Positions 8,026-15,847 are shown, counted from the first letter of the stretch. The stretch is 24,000 nucleotides of DNA from Candidatus Wolframiiraptor gerlachensis (GCA_021323375.2 JAJPCT020000018.1:18307-42306), one strand, 5' to 3'. Made by a program: numbers and translations. The notes: generated by a model from the sequence alone, not told the origin.

Positions 8026-9264
8026 CTACTTCTTCGCCCTCATGGCTCTCCGCGCCAACAATGCTATCACTATCGCCTCGATCACGACTACAACTGCCAG
8101 CATATACGTTGCTATCTCAAAGATCTGTGTCGGCTGCTGGGGCGCCGCGCCTCCAGCCTGTCTAAGCTCCGGCCAAACCTGCTCCGGCGGCAGCTCGATT
8201 ATCGGAACCCAGGTCATCCCAGTCCTAATCTTATCCTCCCACTCCCTGACCAGTGTCAGGATATCTTCGTTTAGCGGCGGGCTCGGCTTACCAAAGTGGT
8301 GGAATGGAGCGAGATATGATCCATTAAAGTTCATCCAAGAGTATGTTCCGAGGTTGTCGGCGGTGTATGATCCTGATAAAACCCTCTCGAAGACTACTCG
8401 GACCGTTGGCCTCATATCCCATACGAGGCTTGTTATTGTGACCTCGGGCGCCCTCTCATATTGATCCGCCATGTTGCCTATGACCCAGACCTCCTTGCCT
8501 GCGGCATAAGCCTCCCTTGCGGCCTCCTCGGCCCCAACCCTCTCAGCGAAGATCACGTCAACCCCGCTATCTATCAGAGTCTTCGCCAGCCTCTTCGCGG
8601 TCGCTGGATGATACCATGGAGACTCGCCTGGTGGAATATTGCCGAGGAGATAGACCACCTTCGCCTCAACATTCGGATTAACCATCTTGGCACCATAAAT
8701 GAATGCGTTAACGATCCTGTTCACCTCATTTATCGGCATCGCGGCAACAACACCTATCTTATTAGTCTTCGTGATCTTTCCAGCAATTATCCCCGCGAGG
8801 AATGCTGGCTGATGAAGCCAGTTATCGAAGACCGCGAAGTTCGGCGGTGTCGGGGAATACTCGCTACCAGCGGCAAAGGCCACATTCGGATAATCCCTCG
8901 CAACTCTCCTGGCGATATCCTCCTTAAGGAAGGCGTCGAGGAAGACTATGTCAGCGACCTTCGCAGCATCCCTGAGCGCGAGCTCAAACTCCTTGGGATC
9001 CTGCTTCCTATCCACGAACTGGTAATCAACCTCTATGCCCTTAGCCCTATACTCCTCAGCAACGGCGAGGATCGCCTGGTGTATCGCTCCATCCCATGGC
9101 TCGCTAACAGGTGTCTGGAAAACCGCCCGGACGACGAGCCTTCTACGCGTCTCCTGGCCTTCAGCGGATGTCAGCGAGAACCCGGCGAGAATAATGCAGA
9201 GCAAGAGCAACATGGCGAGAAACACTATCCGCCTCGCCGCAAAACTCCTACTCACTCGGGGCAT
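8026..9264 (-). CDS. BMP-family (Med/PnrA-like, COG1744-type) ABC transporter substrate-binding protein with N-terminal signal sequence and C-terminal membrane anchor
   Basis: 412 aa. It has an N-terminal hydrophobic signal (RRIVFLAMLLLLCIILAGFSL) and a periplasmic-binding-fold body resembling basic-membrane-protein family binders. A C-terminal helix plus basic tail follows (IATYMLAVVVVIEAIVIALLARRAMRAKK). It is the first gene of a three-gene minus-strand operon. Confidence 0.75.
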   Translation of the reverse strand: MPRVSRSFAARRIVFLAMLLLLCIILAGFSLTSAEGQETRRRLVVRAVFQTPVSEPWDGAIHQAILAVAEEYRAKGIEVDYQFVDRKQDPKEFELALRDAAKVADIVFLDAFLKEDIARRVARDYPNVAFAAGSEYSPTPPNFAVFDNWLHQPAFLAGIIAGKITKTNKIGVVAAMPINEVNRIVNAFIYGAKMVNPNVEAKVVYLLGNIPPGESPWYHPATAKRLAKTLIDSGVDVIFAERVGAEEAAREAYAAGKEVWVIGNMADQYERAPEVTITSLVWDMRPTVRVVFERVLSGSYTADNLGTYSWMNFNGSYLAPFHHFGKPSPPLNEDILTLVREWEDKIRTGMTWVPIIELPPEQVWPELRQAGGAAPQQPTQIFEIATYMLAVVVVIEAIVIALLARRAMRAKK

Positions 9265-9363
9265 ATTGAATGATTGTTAGAGCTTCATTTATACCCTTTC
9301 CAGGCAGAAAAACCGGGAAGATATACCCAGAGATTATGCATTTGTGTAAGAATTTCTAGAGAA

Positions 9364-9373
9364 GATTTTTAAG
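9364..9373 (+). promoter_or_regulatory. TATA-like box (gatttttaag) for tRNA-Phe
   Basis: An A/T-rich element about 26 nt upstream of the tRNA 5' end at 9398. Confidence 0.45.
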
Positions 9374-9397
9374 AACCTGGTAAGATCTCTGAAAATG

Positions 9398-9469
9398 GCC
9401 CCGGTAGCTCAGCGGGAGAGCGCCCGGCTGAAGACCGGGTTGTCGTGGGTTCAAATCCCACCCGGGGCA
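9398..9469 (+). tRNA. tRNA-Phe (anticodon GAA), no intron
   Basis: Canonical 72-nt cloverleaf. Acceptor GCCCCGG/CCGGGGC plus A73. D arm GCTC-AGCGGGA-GAGC. Anticodon arm CCCGG-CTGAAGA-CCGGG. Variable loop TTGTC. T arm GTGGG-TTCAAAT-CCCAC. No encoded CCA. Confidence 0.92.
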
Positions 9470-9512
9470 TCTTCCTAGGGGAAAGGTATGCTCTCCGACA
9501 TCATCATTTTGG

Positions 9513-9580
9513 ATGATGAGCTGCCCACATCCTGAGCCCTCTTGGGATTTCTCGGCGATGAGGATCCCCCTTGATGCTGA
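9513..9580 (+). ncRNA. C/D-box sRNA 1 (2'-O-methylation guide)
   Basis: C box ATGATGA (9513-9519). 12-nt guide gctgcccacatc. D' box CTGA (9532-9535). 22-nt spacer. C' box ATGAGGA (9558-9564, one mismatch). 12-nt guide tcccccttgatg. D box CTGA (9577-9580). Both guides are exactly 12 nt, as in archaeal sRNAs. The spacer is longer than usual and C' is degenerate. Confidence 0.65.
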
Positions 9581-9608
9581 TATATAGGTAAGCTATCATA
9601 GTCTTGGG

Positions 9609-9664
9609 ATGATGAGTTCCCACCCGACTGAAGCAGGTCTTATGATGAACCCCAGCTTTGCTGA
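9609..9664 (+). ncRNA. C/D-box sRNA 2 (2'-O-methylation guide)
   Basis: Textbook archaeal layout. C box ATGATGA (9609-9615). 12-nt guide gttcccacccga. D' CTGA (9628-9631). 10-nt spacer. C' ATGATGA (9642-9648). 12-nt guide accccagctttg. D CTGA (9661-9664). A TATA-like atatata (9580-9586) lies just upstream. Confidence 0.85.
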
Positions 9665-9756
9665 TTAAGTCAAAGTTAACATAATATAGAACCGGTGTAT
9701 GCGTGAAGGCGGAGAGGAGTCTAGGAATAATTTGCGCGATTTACGGTGATCTTCCT

Positions 9757-10560
9757 ATGAGTGGTCAGGGCTTCAATATAATCGTCCTGATCAAGCAGGT
9801 TCCCGATATTGAGAAGGTTAGATTCGACGTTGAGACGGGGAGGATTGATAGGAGCTCGGCGCCCGGCGAGACGAACCCGTTCGACTTACATGCTCTGGAG
9901 GCTGGATTGCAGATTAAGGAGAGGTTTGGAGGCTTTGTTACCGTCATTAGCATGGGGCCGAGGCAGGCTGAGTCATCGCTCAAGGATGCTTTGGCCAGAG
10001 GGGCCGATAGGGCGATACTATTGACGGATGCGAGGCTGGCCGGGGCCGACACGATAGCGACCGCGAAGGCCCTCGCCGCCGCCATCAAAAAGCTGGGTAA
10101 ATTCGACTTGGTGCTCTGCGGCGAGAAGACTGTCGACGGCGATACGGGGCAGGTTGGCCCAGAGGTTGCCGAGCTCCTCGGAATACCCCACGCGACCTAT
10201 GTCTGCGAGATCAGGGAGATAACACGAGATAGCATCAGAGTCGTCTCCGATATGGGTGACAAGTATCTCTATGAGCTGAAGCTGCCAGCCCTACTAACTG
10301 TGACTAGGGAGCTTAACTCGCCTAGGCTCCCGACATTAAAGGATCTCCTAAGAGCCAAGAGAATGCAGGTTGAGATCTGGACCGCCGACCATCTCTCGGA
10401 GATAGTCCCAATTGATCAACTCGGCTTCCAGGGATCTAAGACTAGGGTCGTTAAAGTCGTGATACCGAGCACAGAGCATAGGAGGGGGGTGATCCTAAAG
10501 GGCGATGACGCGGTTGAGAAGATTGGTGAGATCATCTTGAGGGAGGTGCTTAGTGGATGA
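9757..10560 (+). CDS. etfB: Electron transfer flavoprotein beta subunit (EtfB/FixA type)
   Basis: It starts MSGQGFNIIVLIKQVPD, the typical EtfB N-terminus. ATG 9757 is preceded by GGTGAT 6 nt upstream; the ORF-track GTG 9703 start is probably too long. It contains LVLCGEKTVDGDTGQVGPEVAELLG. Its stop overlaps the etfA start (ATGA at 10557-10560). Confidence 0.85.
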   Translation: MSGQGFNIIVLIKQVPDIEKVRFDVETGRIDRSSAPGETNPFDLHALEAGLQIKERFGGFVTVISMGPRQAESSLKDALARGADRAILLTDARLAGADTIATAKALAAAIKKLGKFDLVLCGEKTVDGDTGQVGPEVAELLGIPHATYVCEIREITRDSIRVVSDMGDKYLYELKLPALLTVTRELNSPRLPTLKDLLRAKRMQVEIWTADHLSEIVPIDQLGFQGSKTRVVKVVIPSTEHRRGVILKGDDAVEKIGEIILREVLSG

Positions 10561-11555
10561 CTGGAATACTCGTATATGCCGAGGCCAGCGGCCCCGAGAT
10601 ACATCCTATATCATTTGAGCTTCTTGGCAAGGCTAGGGAGCTGGCTGAGAAGCTTGGCCTAGAGGTCTGGAGCGTGGCCCTTGGATATGGGATCTCAGAT
10701 AGGGCCCCCGAGCTGATATATCATGGCGCCGACAAGGTCTACGTCTACGATGATGAGAGGCTCCGAGACCTAAACGTTGTAGCATACAAGAATGTGCTCG
10801 TGGAGCTTGTGAAGGAGATTAAGCCGGAGATCTTCCTCCTCGGCGCGACTCCTTGGGGCCGGAGCCTAGCTCCAAGGGTAGCTGCAGCCCTCGATACCGG
10901 CCTAACAGCGGACTGCATAGATCTCCAAGTCAGCGAGGATGGCAAGCTCATCCAGATTAGGCCCGCTTTCACCGGGAACATCCTCGCACACATAGAGACT
11001 GTTAGCAAGCCGGTCATGGCCACCATAAGATATAGGGTGATGAGGAAGCTGCCCCGAGACCCGAGTAGAAAAGGGGAGATAATAGTCTGCAGTGTCGAGA
11101 AGATAGACTGTGATGGGATAAGATGCTTAGGGAAGGTGTCGGAGAGGAGGATAAACCTAGCTGATGCCGAGATAGTGGTTGCTGGTGGAAGGGGCTTGAA
11201 GAAGAAGGAGGATCTAAGATTGCTAGAGGAGCTGGCAAGCGTGATCGGCGGGGTTGTTGGGGCGAGCCGGCCATTAGTCGAGGAGGGCTGGATCTCTAAG
11301 GATCACCAAGTCGGCTTTAGTGGGAACGTGGTCAAGCCAAAACTATACGTCGCATGTGGGATATCCGGCTCACCACAGCACTTAGCCGGGATGAGAGACT
11401 CGAACATAATCATAGCGATAAACATCGATCCATCAGCACCAATCTTCAGACATGCAGATTATGGTGTAGTCTCCGATCTCTACGACTTCATACCAAAGCT
11501 CATAAATTATCTAAAGGAGAGGGCTGGAAAATCCGTGGAGACAAAAATGATGTAA
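10557..11555 (+). CDS. etfA: Electron transfer flavoprotein alpha subunit (EtfA/FixB type)
   Basis: 332 aa. C-terminal FAD-binding signature PKLYVACGISGSPQHLAGM. Translationally coupled to etfB. No N-terminal ferredoxin domain. A T-run (about 11585-11594) follows about 30 nt after the stop. Confidence 0.85.
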   Translation: MTGILVYAEASGPEIHPISFELLGKARELAEKLGLEVWSVALGYGISDRAPELIYHGADKVYVYDDERLRDLNVVAYKNVLVELVKEIKPEIFLLGATPWGRSLAPRVAAALDTGLTADCIDLQVSEDGKLIQIRPAFTGNILAHIETVSKPVMATIRYRVMRKLPRDPSRKGEIIVCSVEKIDCDGIRCLGKVSERRINLADAEIVVAGGRGLKKKEDLRLLEELASVIGGVVGASRPLVEEGWISKDHQVGFSGNVVKPKLYVACGISGSPQHLAGMRDSNIIIAINIDPSAPIFRHADYGVVSDLYDFIPKLINYLKERAGKSVETKMM

Positions 11556-11580
11556 ACAGCAATTATAGTCCAGTGAGCAA

Positions 11581-13467
11581 CTACTTTATTTTTTCCAAGA
11601 GCGTCTTATATGCATCGAATTTGCTCTCCTCTAAGCATTTCATGAGCCCGAGCCTTTCAAGGGTCTCCCTCTTCGGGTAACCATCCGGACCCCATCCTCG
11701 ATACTCATAGTACTCCTTCAGCATTTTATCTAGCTCAACAACTTGGCCTGAAGCTCCACCATTTGATAGAGGCTCCTTAAGCAATCTATCGGGGAGCTTA
11801 TCATCCTCACCACTCATCCCACATGCTAGGTTGAATAGCCTCTTCAGATTGAAGATCGCCGTCCCTCTTTGATGCAGGTCCTTGGCTGTGGTCTTTCTAC
11901 CCGTTGCTAGTGAGTAGACTGAGGCGACATGGCCGGGGGTTATCATGAGGAACTTGCATATGCCTAGAGACTCGATCACTTCATGCCAATCCTGCATTAT
12001 CGCCACTATCCTACCCTTCCCATCCACGTCAAATCTCCAGACCCTCTCATGTATCCCCAAATCTGTTACCCTCTCGCCCTGCTCGATCCTGAAGACAAGC
12101 CCATAGAGGTGATCCGCGCCCCTATTGGATGTCGCATATTGGAGCCCCATGCCCTTAAAAGCCCTTGGATCATGCATGGGTATCTCAAGGCCCTTAGAAT
12201 GCATTGCAAATGACTCCGATCCCTTAACCTCCTTAGACGCCTCTCTTACGCCCCTCGCCAATAGCTCCCCAATACCATACCTCTTCGCGATCTTCATAAT
12301 CAATTCTTCAACAAGTTTATGATCACCCCATCTTGGCTTGATCCCATCTAGTTTCTCATCACTTATCAGCCCCCTCTCATATGCCTCGATAAGCCATGCT
12401 ATGACAACGCCGGTTGAGATCACATCTATGCCGAGCTTATTGCAAAGCTGATGTAGCTTCGCCACCTTCGTAGGGTCGCTTATCAGGAGAAGTGATCCTA
12501 AAGCCCCTATACTCTCGTACTCAATAGCCCTTCCCACGACCTTCTCTCCATCAACCTCACAGTCAACATATCTCCAGCATCCTATTGGACAGTTGAAGCA
12601 GGCCCTATGCCCCCTAACTATCCTCTTTGCCACCTCCTCACCCTCTAGATTACGCACCTCATCCCAAGTCCCCATGCTGAAGTTTTTTATCGGCAGATCC
12701 CCGTACGTATACATAGGCCCAACTTCTGCGGTCGTGCCATAAGTTGAATAAAGCTGCGTGGTCGGGAAAGACATTATCGATGGAAGTATCCTCTTGAGAT
12801 ATTCTCTTAGGCTGGGTAGGTTCTCCACCTCGACCTTGCCCGAGCCCTTCACAGCTATCGCCTTCAAGTTCTTTGAACCCATTACAGCGCCCATCCCACA
12901 TCTCCCAGCAGCCCTCGGACCATCCGGCCTAACATCAAAGAATACTCCCGCGATGCTTACAAGATTCTCGCCAGCCGGGCCTATGACCGCGCATCTAACA
13001 TTCTCGCCAATAAGCTTCTTCAACTCAATATCAGCCCCATATGTATCTAGGCCCCAAAGCCTGCTAGCATCCCCAATCTCCACCTCTCCATCATGGATAT
13101 AGAGGTATACGGGTTTCTCAGCCCTCCCAGTCACGACTATTCCATCATATCCAGCCCTCTTCAGCTCGGTGCCCCAGAAGCCCCCAGCATGAGCCTCGCC
13201 CCAGCCTCGAGTTAACGGAGACTTTGCCGCCACCGTCATACGAGCTCCAGTCGGCATTATCGTCCCGGTTAGAGGCCCAGTCATGAAGACAAGGACATTC
13301 TCTGGTGAAAGTGGATCCACCGCGGGATCTACTAAGTCGAATATCAGCCTAGCAGCCAGTCCACTTCCACCGAGGAAGTTCGTGAGATATTCTTCCGGAA
13401 TCTCCCTGGCCTCCACCCTGCCATCGCTAAGGTTCACATAAGCTATTTTCCTGCAATAACATTTCAT
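11581..13467 (-). CDS. aor: Tungsten-type aldehyde:ferredoxin oxidoreductase family protein (AOR 1)
   Basis: N-terminal AOR domain (GGSGLAARLIFD, SPENVLVFMTGPLTG, KSPLTRGWGEAHAGG). [4Fe-4S] motif CFNCPIGC (CxxCxxxC). Pterin-contact-like LGIDVISTG. I prefer ATG 13467 (MKCYCRKIAYVNL...), 1 nt after the aldolase stop. The ORF-track TTG 13494 would overlap the aldolase gene by 26 nt. Confidence 0.85.
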   Translation of the reverse strand: MKCYCRKIAYVNLSDGRVEAREIPEEYLTNFLGGSGLAARLIFDLVDPAVDPLSPENVLVFMTGPLTGTIMPTGARMTVAAKSPLTRGWGEAHAGGFWGTELKRAGYDGIVVTGRAEKPVYLYIHDGEVEIGDASRLWGLDTYGADIELKKLIGENVRCAVIGPAGENLVSIAGVFFDVRPDGPRAAGRCGMGAVMGSKNLKAIAVKGSGKVEVENLPSLREYLKRILPSIMSFPTTQLYSTYGTTAEVGPMYTYGDLPIKNFSMGTWDEVRNLEGEEVAKRIVRGHRACFNCPIGCWRYVDCEVDGEKVVGRAIEYESIGALGSLLLISDPTKVAKLHQLCNKLGIDVISTGVVIAWLIEAYERGLISDEKLDGIKPRWGDHKLVEELIMKIAKRYGIGELLARGVREASKEVKGSESFAMHSKGLEIPMHDPRAFKGMGLQYATSNRGADHLYGLVFRIEQGERVTDLGIHERVWRFDVDGKGRIVAIMQDWHEVIESLGICKFLMITPGHVASVYSLATGRKTTAKDLHQRGTAIFNLKRLFNLACGMSGEDDKLPDRLLKEPLSNGGASGQVVELDKMLKEYYEYRGWGPDGYPKRETLERLGLMKCLEESKFDAYKTLLEKIK

Positions 13468-13468
13468 C

Positions 13469-14126
13469 CTAAATCCCCCAATACTTCTTGGCAACCTCTA
13501 TCTCTTCCGGCGGAACTTCTGGCGGCTCCCTTCCCAAGGTATAGCAGACAAATTCTATAGTAGCTATTGCCTCGAGAAGCTCTACTATCGCCTCAGCCTC
13601 TAGCAGGTTTGTTCCGAGTGCAAGGACCCCATGGTTCTTCAGGATTATTGCGCGGGCACCTCTCGATGCAGCCTGAGCAACGGCCTCGGCCAACTGAGTG
13701 GTCCCAGGAAACTTGAACTCGATCTCCTCAATTCTCCTAAGCAGTAGAACCGCCTCATCCGTTATAGTTGTTTTAATCTTCTTGCCGGCGAGAGTTAATC
13801 CCAAGACCATGGGGTTGTGAGCATGCACAACGGCATTAACATCGGGTCTAACCTTGTAGACCGCTGCGTGCATGGGCCACTCGATGGATGGCTTGAGGAA
13901 CCCCTCAACAATATCGCCATCAAGGTTGAGCTTGACTAGGTCGTCAGGCTTGAGAGCACCCTTGAAGACCTGGCTCGGGGTAATCCAGAACTCTGCCTGC
14001 CCCGGGGATCCTCGCGCTAATATTGCCGCCTAAGGCCGTGATCAGGGATCTATCATAAAGCGTCTTCGAGATCCTGATAATCTCCTCCTTAATCTCATCC
14101 TCGGAGAAGAGTTCAAACTCACTCAT
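13469..14126 (-). pseudogene. Class II aldolase/adducin-family gene (L-fuculose-phosphate aldolase-like) split by a single frameshift near 13991
   Basis: The N-terminal ORF (13944-14126) has ALGGNISAR. The C-terminal ORF (13469-13873) has the zinc-ligand motifs VVHAHNP and KNHGVLALG. The C-terminal frame is open up to 14029 and encodes EFWITPSQVFKGALKPDDLVKLNLDGDIVEGFLKPSIEWPMH. Skipping 1 nt (AGA-g-TTC) therefore restores a contiguous protein of about 218 aa. Confidence 0.7.
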
Positions 14127-14245
14127 AGGATTGCTCGCCTAAAATCTACCTAGCAGATTAAAAAACTTATACTTTCATGGAGCCTTCCAATAACAGGCCT
14201 TCTAGCGGCTTCAGCGAAATATTTTAAATATAATCGAGCATAAAA
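14127..14245. promoter_or_regulatory. Divergent promoter region between the aldolase-AOR operon and the kinase gene
   Basis: 119-nt A/T-rich spacer. It has attttaaatataatc (14221-14235) upstream of the kinase ATGs (14246, 14261, 14264). On the other strand, ataagttttttaatc (complement of about 14157-14171) lies upstream of the aldolase ATG at 14126. Confidence 0.45.
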
Positions 14246-15775
14246 ATGCTGTTGCCGGACATGATGAGTCAAAAGCAGGATCTTGTTCTAGTTTATGATT
14301 GTGGTTCTACAAATCTTCGAGTGCTGGCGATGGATTCCCGTGGAGAGGTTATTGCTCACAGGAGGGAATTGAATTCCACGAAGCCTCAGCCGGGCGGCCA
14401 CCCGGAATGGCGCATCTGGGATCTTGATGATATCTGGAAGAAGCTATGCATGCTTACACGTGGGGTGTTATCCGATCTTGGAGACAGGTATAGGGTTGCT
14501 GGCGTGATAGTCACTACTTGGGGGGCCGATGGCGTGTTCGTTGATGAGAGGGGCAATCCAACCTATCCCGCGATATCATGGCAATGTCCCAGAACTAGGG
14601 AGGTTATGGATTATGTTCGGGAGCTGATCGACCCATGGGAGGTCTTCAGGATAACGGGCTACCAGTTTATATCATTTAACACGATTTTTAAGTGGATCTG
14701 GATTAGGAAGAATGCTCCGGATGCGATAAAGAGGGCTAAAGCATTTCTCATGATCCCCCACTACATATCATATAAGCTCACGGGAGAGTTTCATGTTGAG
14801 CCGACTGATGCCTCGACAACCATGGCCATGGACTTGGCTAAGAGGGACTGGTCGGATGAAATGCTATCAATAGCGGGGGTTGATCGAGCATTATTTCCGG
14901 AGTGGAGGGAGCCTGGAGACTATGCGGGCTATGTAACCGAGCAGGCAAGTAGGGAGACGGGCTTGAAAAAGGGCCTCCCAGTAATAGTCGGCGGCCATGA
15001 CACGCAATTCGCTATCTTCGCGGCAGGTGCTCGGAGGGATGAGGCCGTCCTCTCGAGCGGGACGTGGGAAATACTCTCATTCAGATCTGAGGAATACATC
15101 ACGAGTAGAGACGCTTATGAACATGGCGTCGTGGTTGAGCTCGATGTTGAGAAAAATAGGTGGAACCCGCAATTCCTGATGATAGCATCAGGTGTTTTAG
15201 AGTGGCTTAGTAAGATAGCATACCACGAATGTGAAAAAAGATATGAGCTGATGGTTGAGGAGGCGTCGCGAATTTCCCCCGGATCGGAGGGCGTGTTCTT
15301 TCTCCCAAGCTTCTTCCCCGGCTCCGGCCCCACCGGGAAATACAATGTTCCAGGTGTGATCGTGGGGCTAACATTATCGATCACTAGAGCGCATCTGTAT
15401 AGGGCCGCTCTAGAGGGGCTCTCATACCAACTGAGGCTGGCATTAGAGCTTCTGGAAAGATCATTCAATCTTAGATTCTCGGCGATACGTGTGGTTGGAG
15501 GCGGATCGAGAAACGAGTTATGGAACATGATCCGGGCAAACATCACCGGGAGAAGGATAATCACGAGCAGATTCGCTGAGACAACAGCCTTGGGCGCGGC
15601 GATAGTGGCCTTTAAGGGCATAGGATTATTCAGAACCTTCGAGGAAGCAAGAGAAAACTTGGATTACGACCTAAAAGTAGTTGAGCCCGAAAAGGACCGA
15701 ACCGTATACGAGGAATGCTATGAGCGATATCTCCAGTTATATCAAAACCTCTCCACACTTTTCAAAAATGATTGA
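14246..15775 (+). CDS. fucK: FGGY-family carbohydrate kinase, L-fuculokinase-like
   Basis: 509 aa. The N-terminal LVLVYDCGSTNLRVLAMD and the central PVIVGGHDTQFAIFAAGARRDEAVLSSGTWEIL closely match the E. coli FucK segments as I remember them (DCGATNVR; GHDTQFALFGAG...VLSSGTWEIL). C-terminal FGGY motif VVGGGSRNELWNMIRANI. The true start may be ATG 14261/14264, given the TATA position. Confidence 0.7.
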   Translation: MLLPDMMSQKQDLVLVYDCGSTNLRVLAMDSRGEVIAHRRELNSTKPQPGGHPEWRIWDLDDIWKKLCMLTRGVLSDLGDRYRVAGVIVTTWGADGVFVDERGNPTYPAISWQCPRTREVMDYVRELIDPWEVFRITGYQFISFNTIFKWIWIRKNAPDAIKRAKAFLMIPHYISYKLTGEFHVEPTDASTTMAMDLAKRDWSDEMLSIAGVDRALFPEWREPGDYAGYVTEQASRETGLKKGLPVIVGGHDTQFAIFAAGARRDEAVLSSGTWEILSFRSEEYITSRDAYEHGVVVELDVEKNRWNPQFLMIASGVLEWLSKIAYHECEKRYELMVEEASRISPGSEGVFFLPSFFPGSGPTGKYNVPGVIVGLTLSITRAHLYRAALEGLSYQLRLALELLERSFNLRFSAIRVVGGGSRNELWNMIRANITGRRIITSRFAETTALGAAIVAFKGIGLFRTFEEARENLDYDLKVVEPEKDRTVYEECYERYLQLYQNLSTLFKND

Positions 15776-15847
15776 GGGCGATATCTAACTGGAAGCTCGT
15801 CTGAAAATTATGCTTGAGATAGATGGTAAAGCGCGTCAAACGCCAGA

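Noticed and set aside
8461-9273. 270-aa plus-strand ORF, and the 140-aa ORF at 8042-8464, antisense to the binding-protein gene
   Set aside because: They lie entirely inside a well-supported minus-strand gene. Their translations are low-complexity (Arg/Leu/Pro-rich) with no recognisable motifs. This is typical shadow-ORF behaviour opposite a codon-biased gene.
9616-9627. The D' guide of sRNA 2 (gttcccacccga) shares the 9-mer tcccacccg with the T-stem/acceptor 3' strands of both tRNAs (2758-2766 and 9455-9463)
   Set aside because: The identity is same-sense, not complementary, so the guide cannot pair with these tRNA regions. The complementary tRNA strands are not contiguous. I treat it as coincidence, or at most as a G/C-rich stem resemblance.
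11354-11680. 108-aa plus-strand ORF bridging the 3' ends of etfA and AOR 1
   Set aside because: It is out of frame with etfA, runs across the convergent intergenic T-run into the antisense of AOR 1, and has no motifs.
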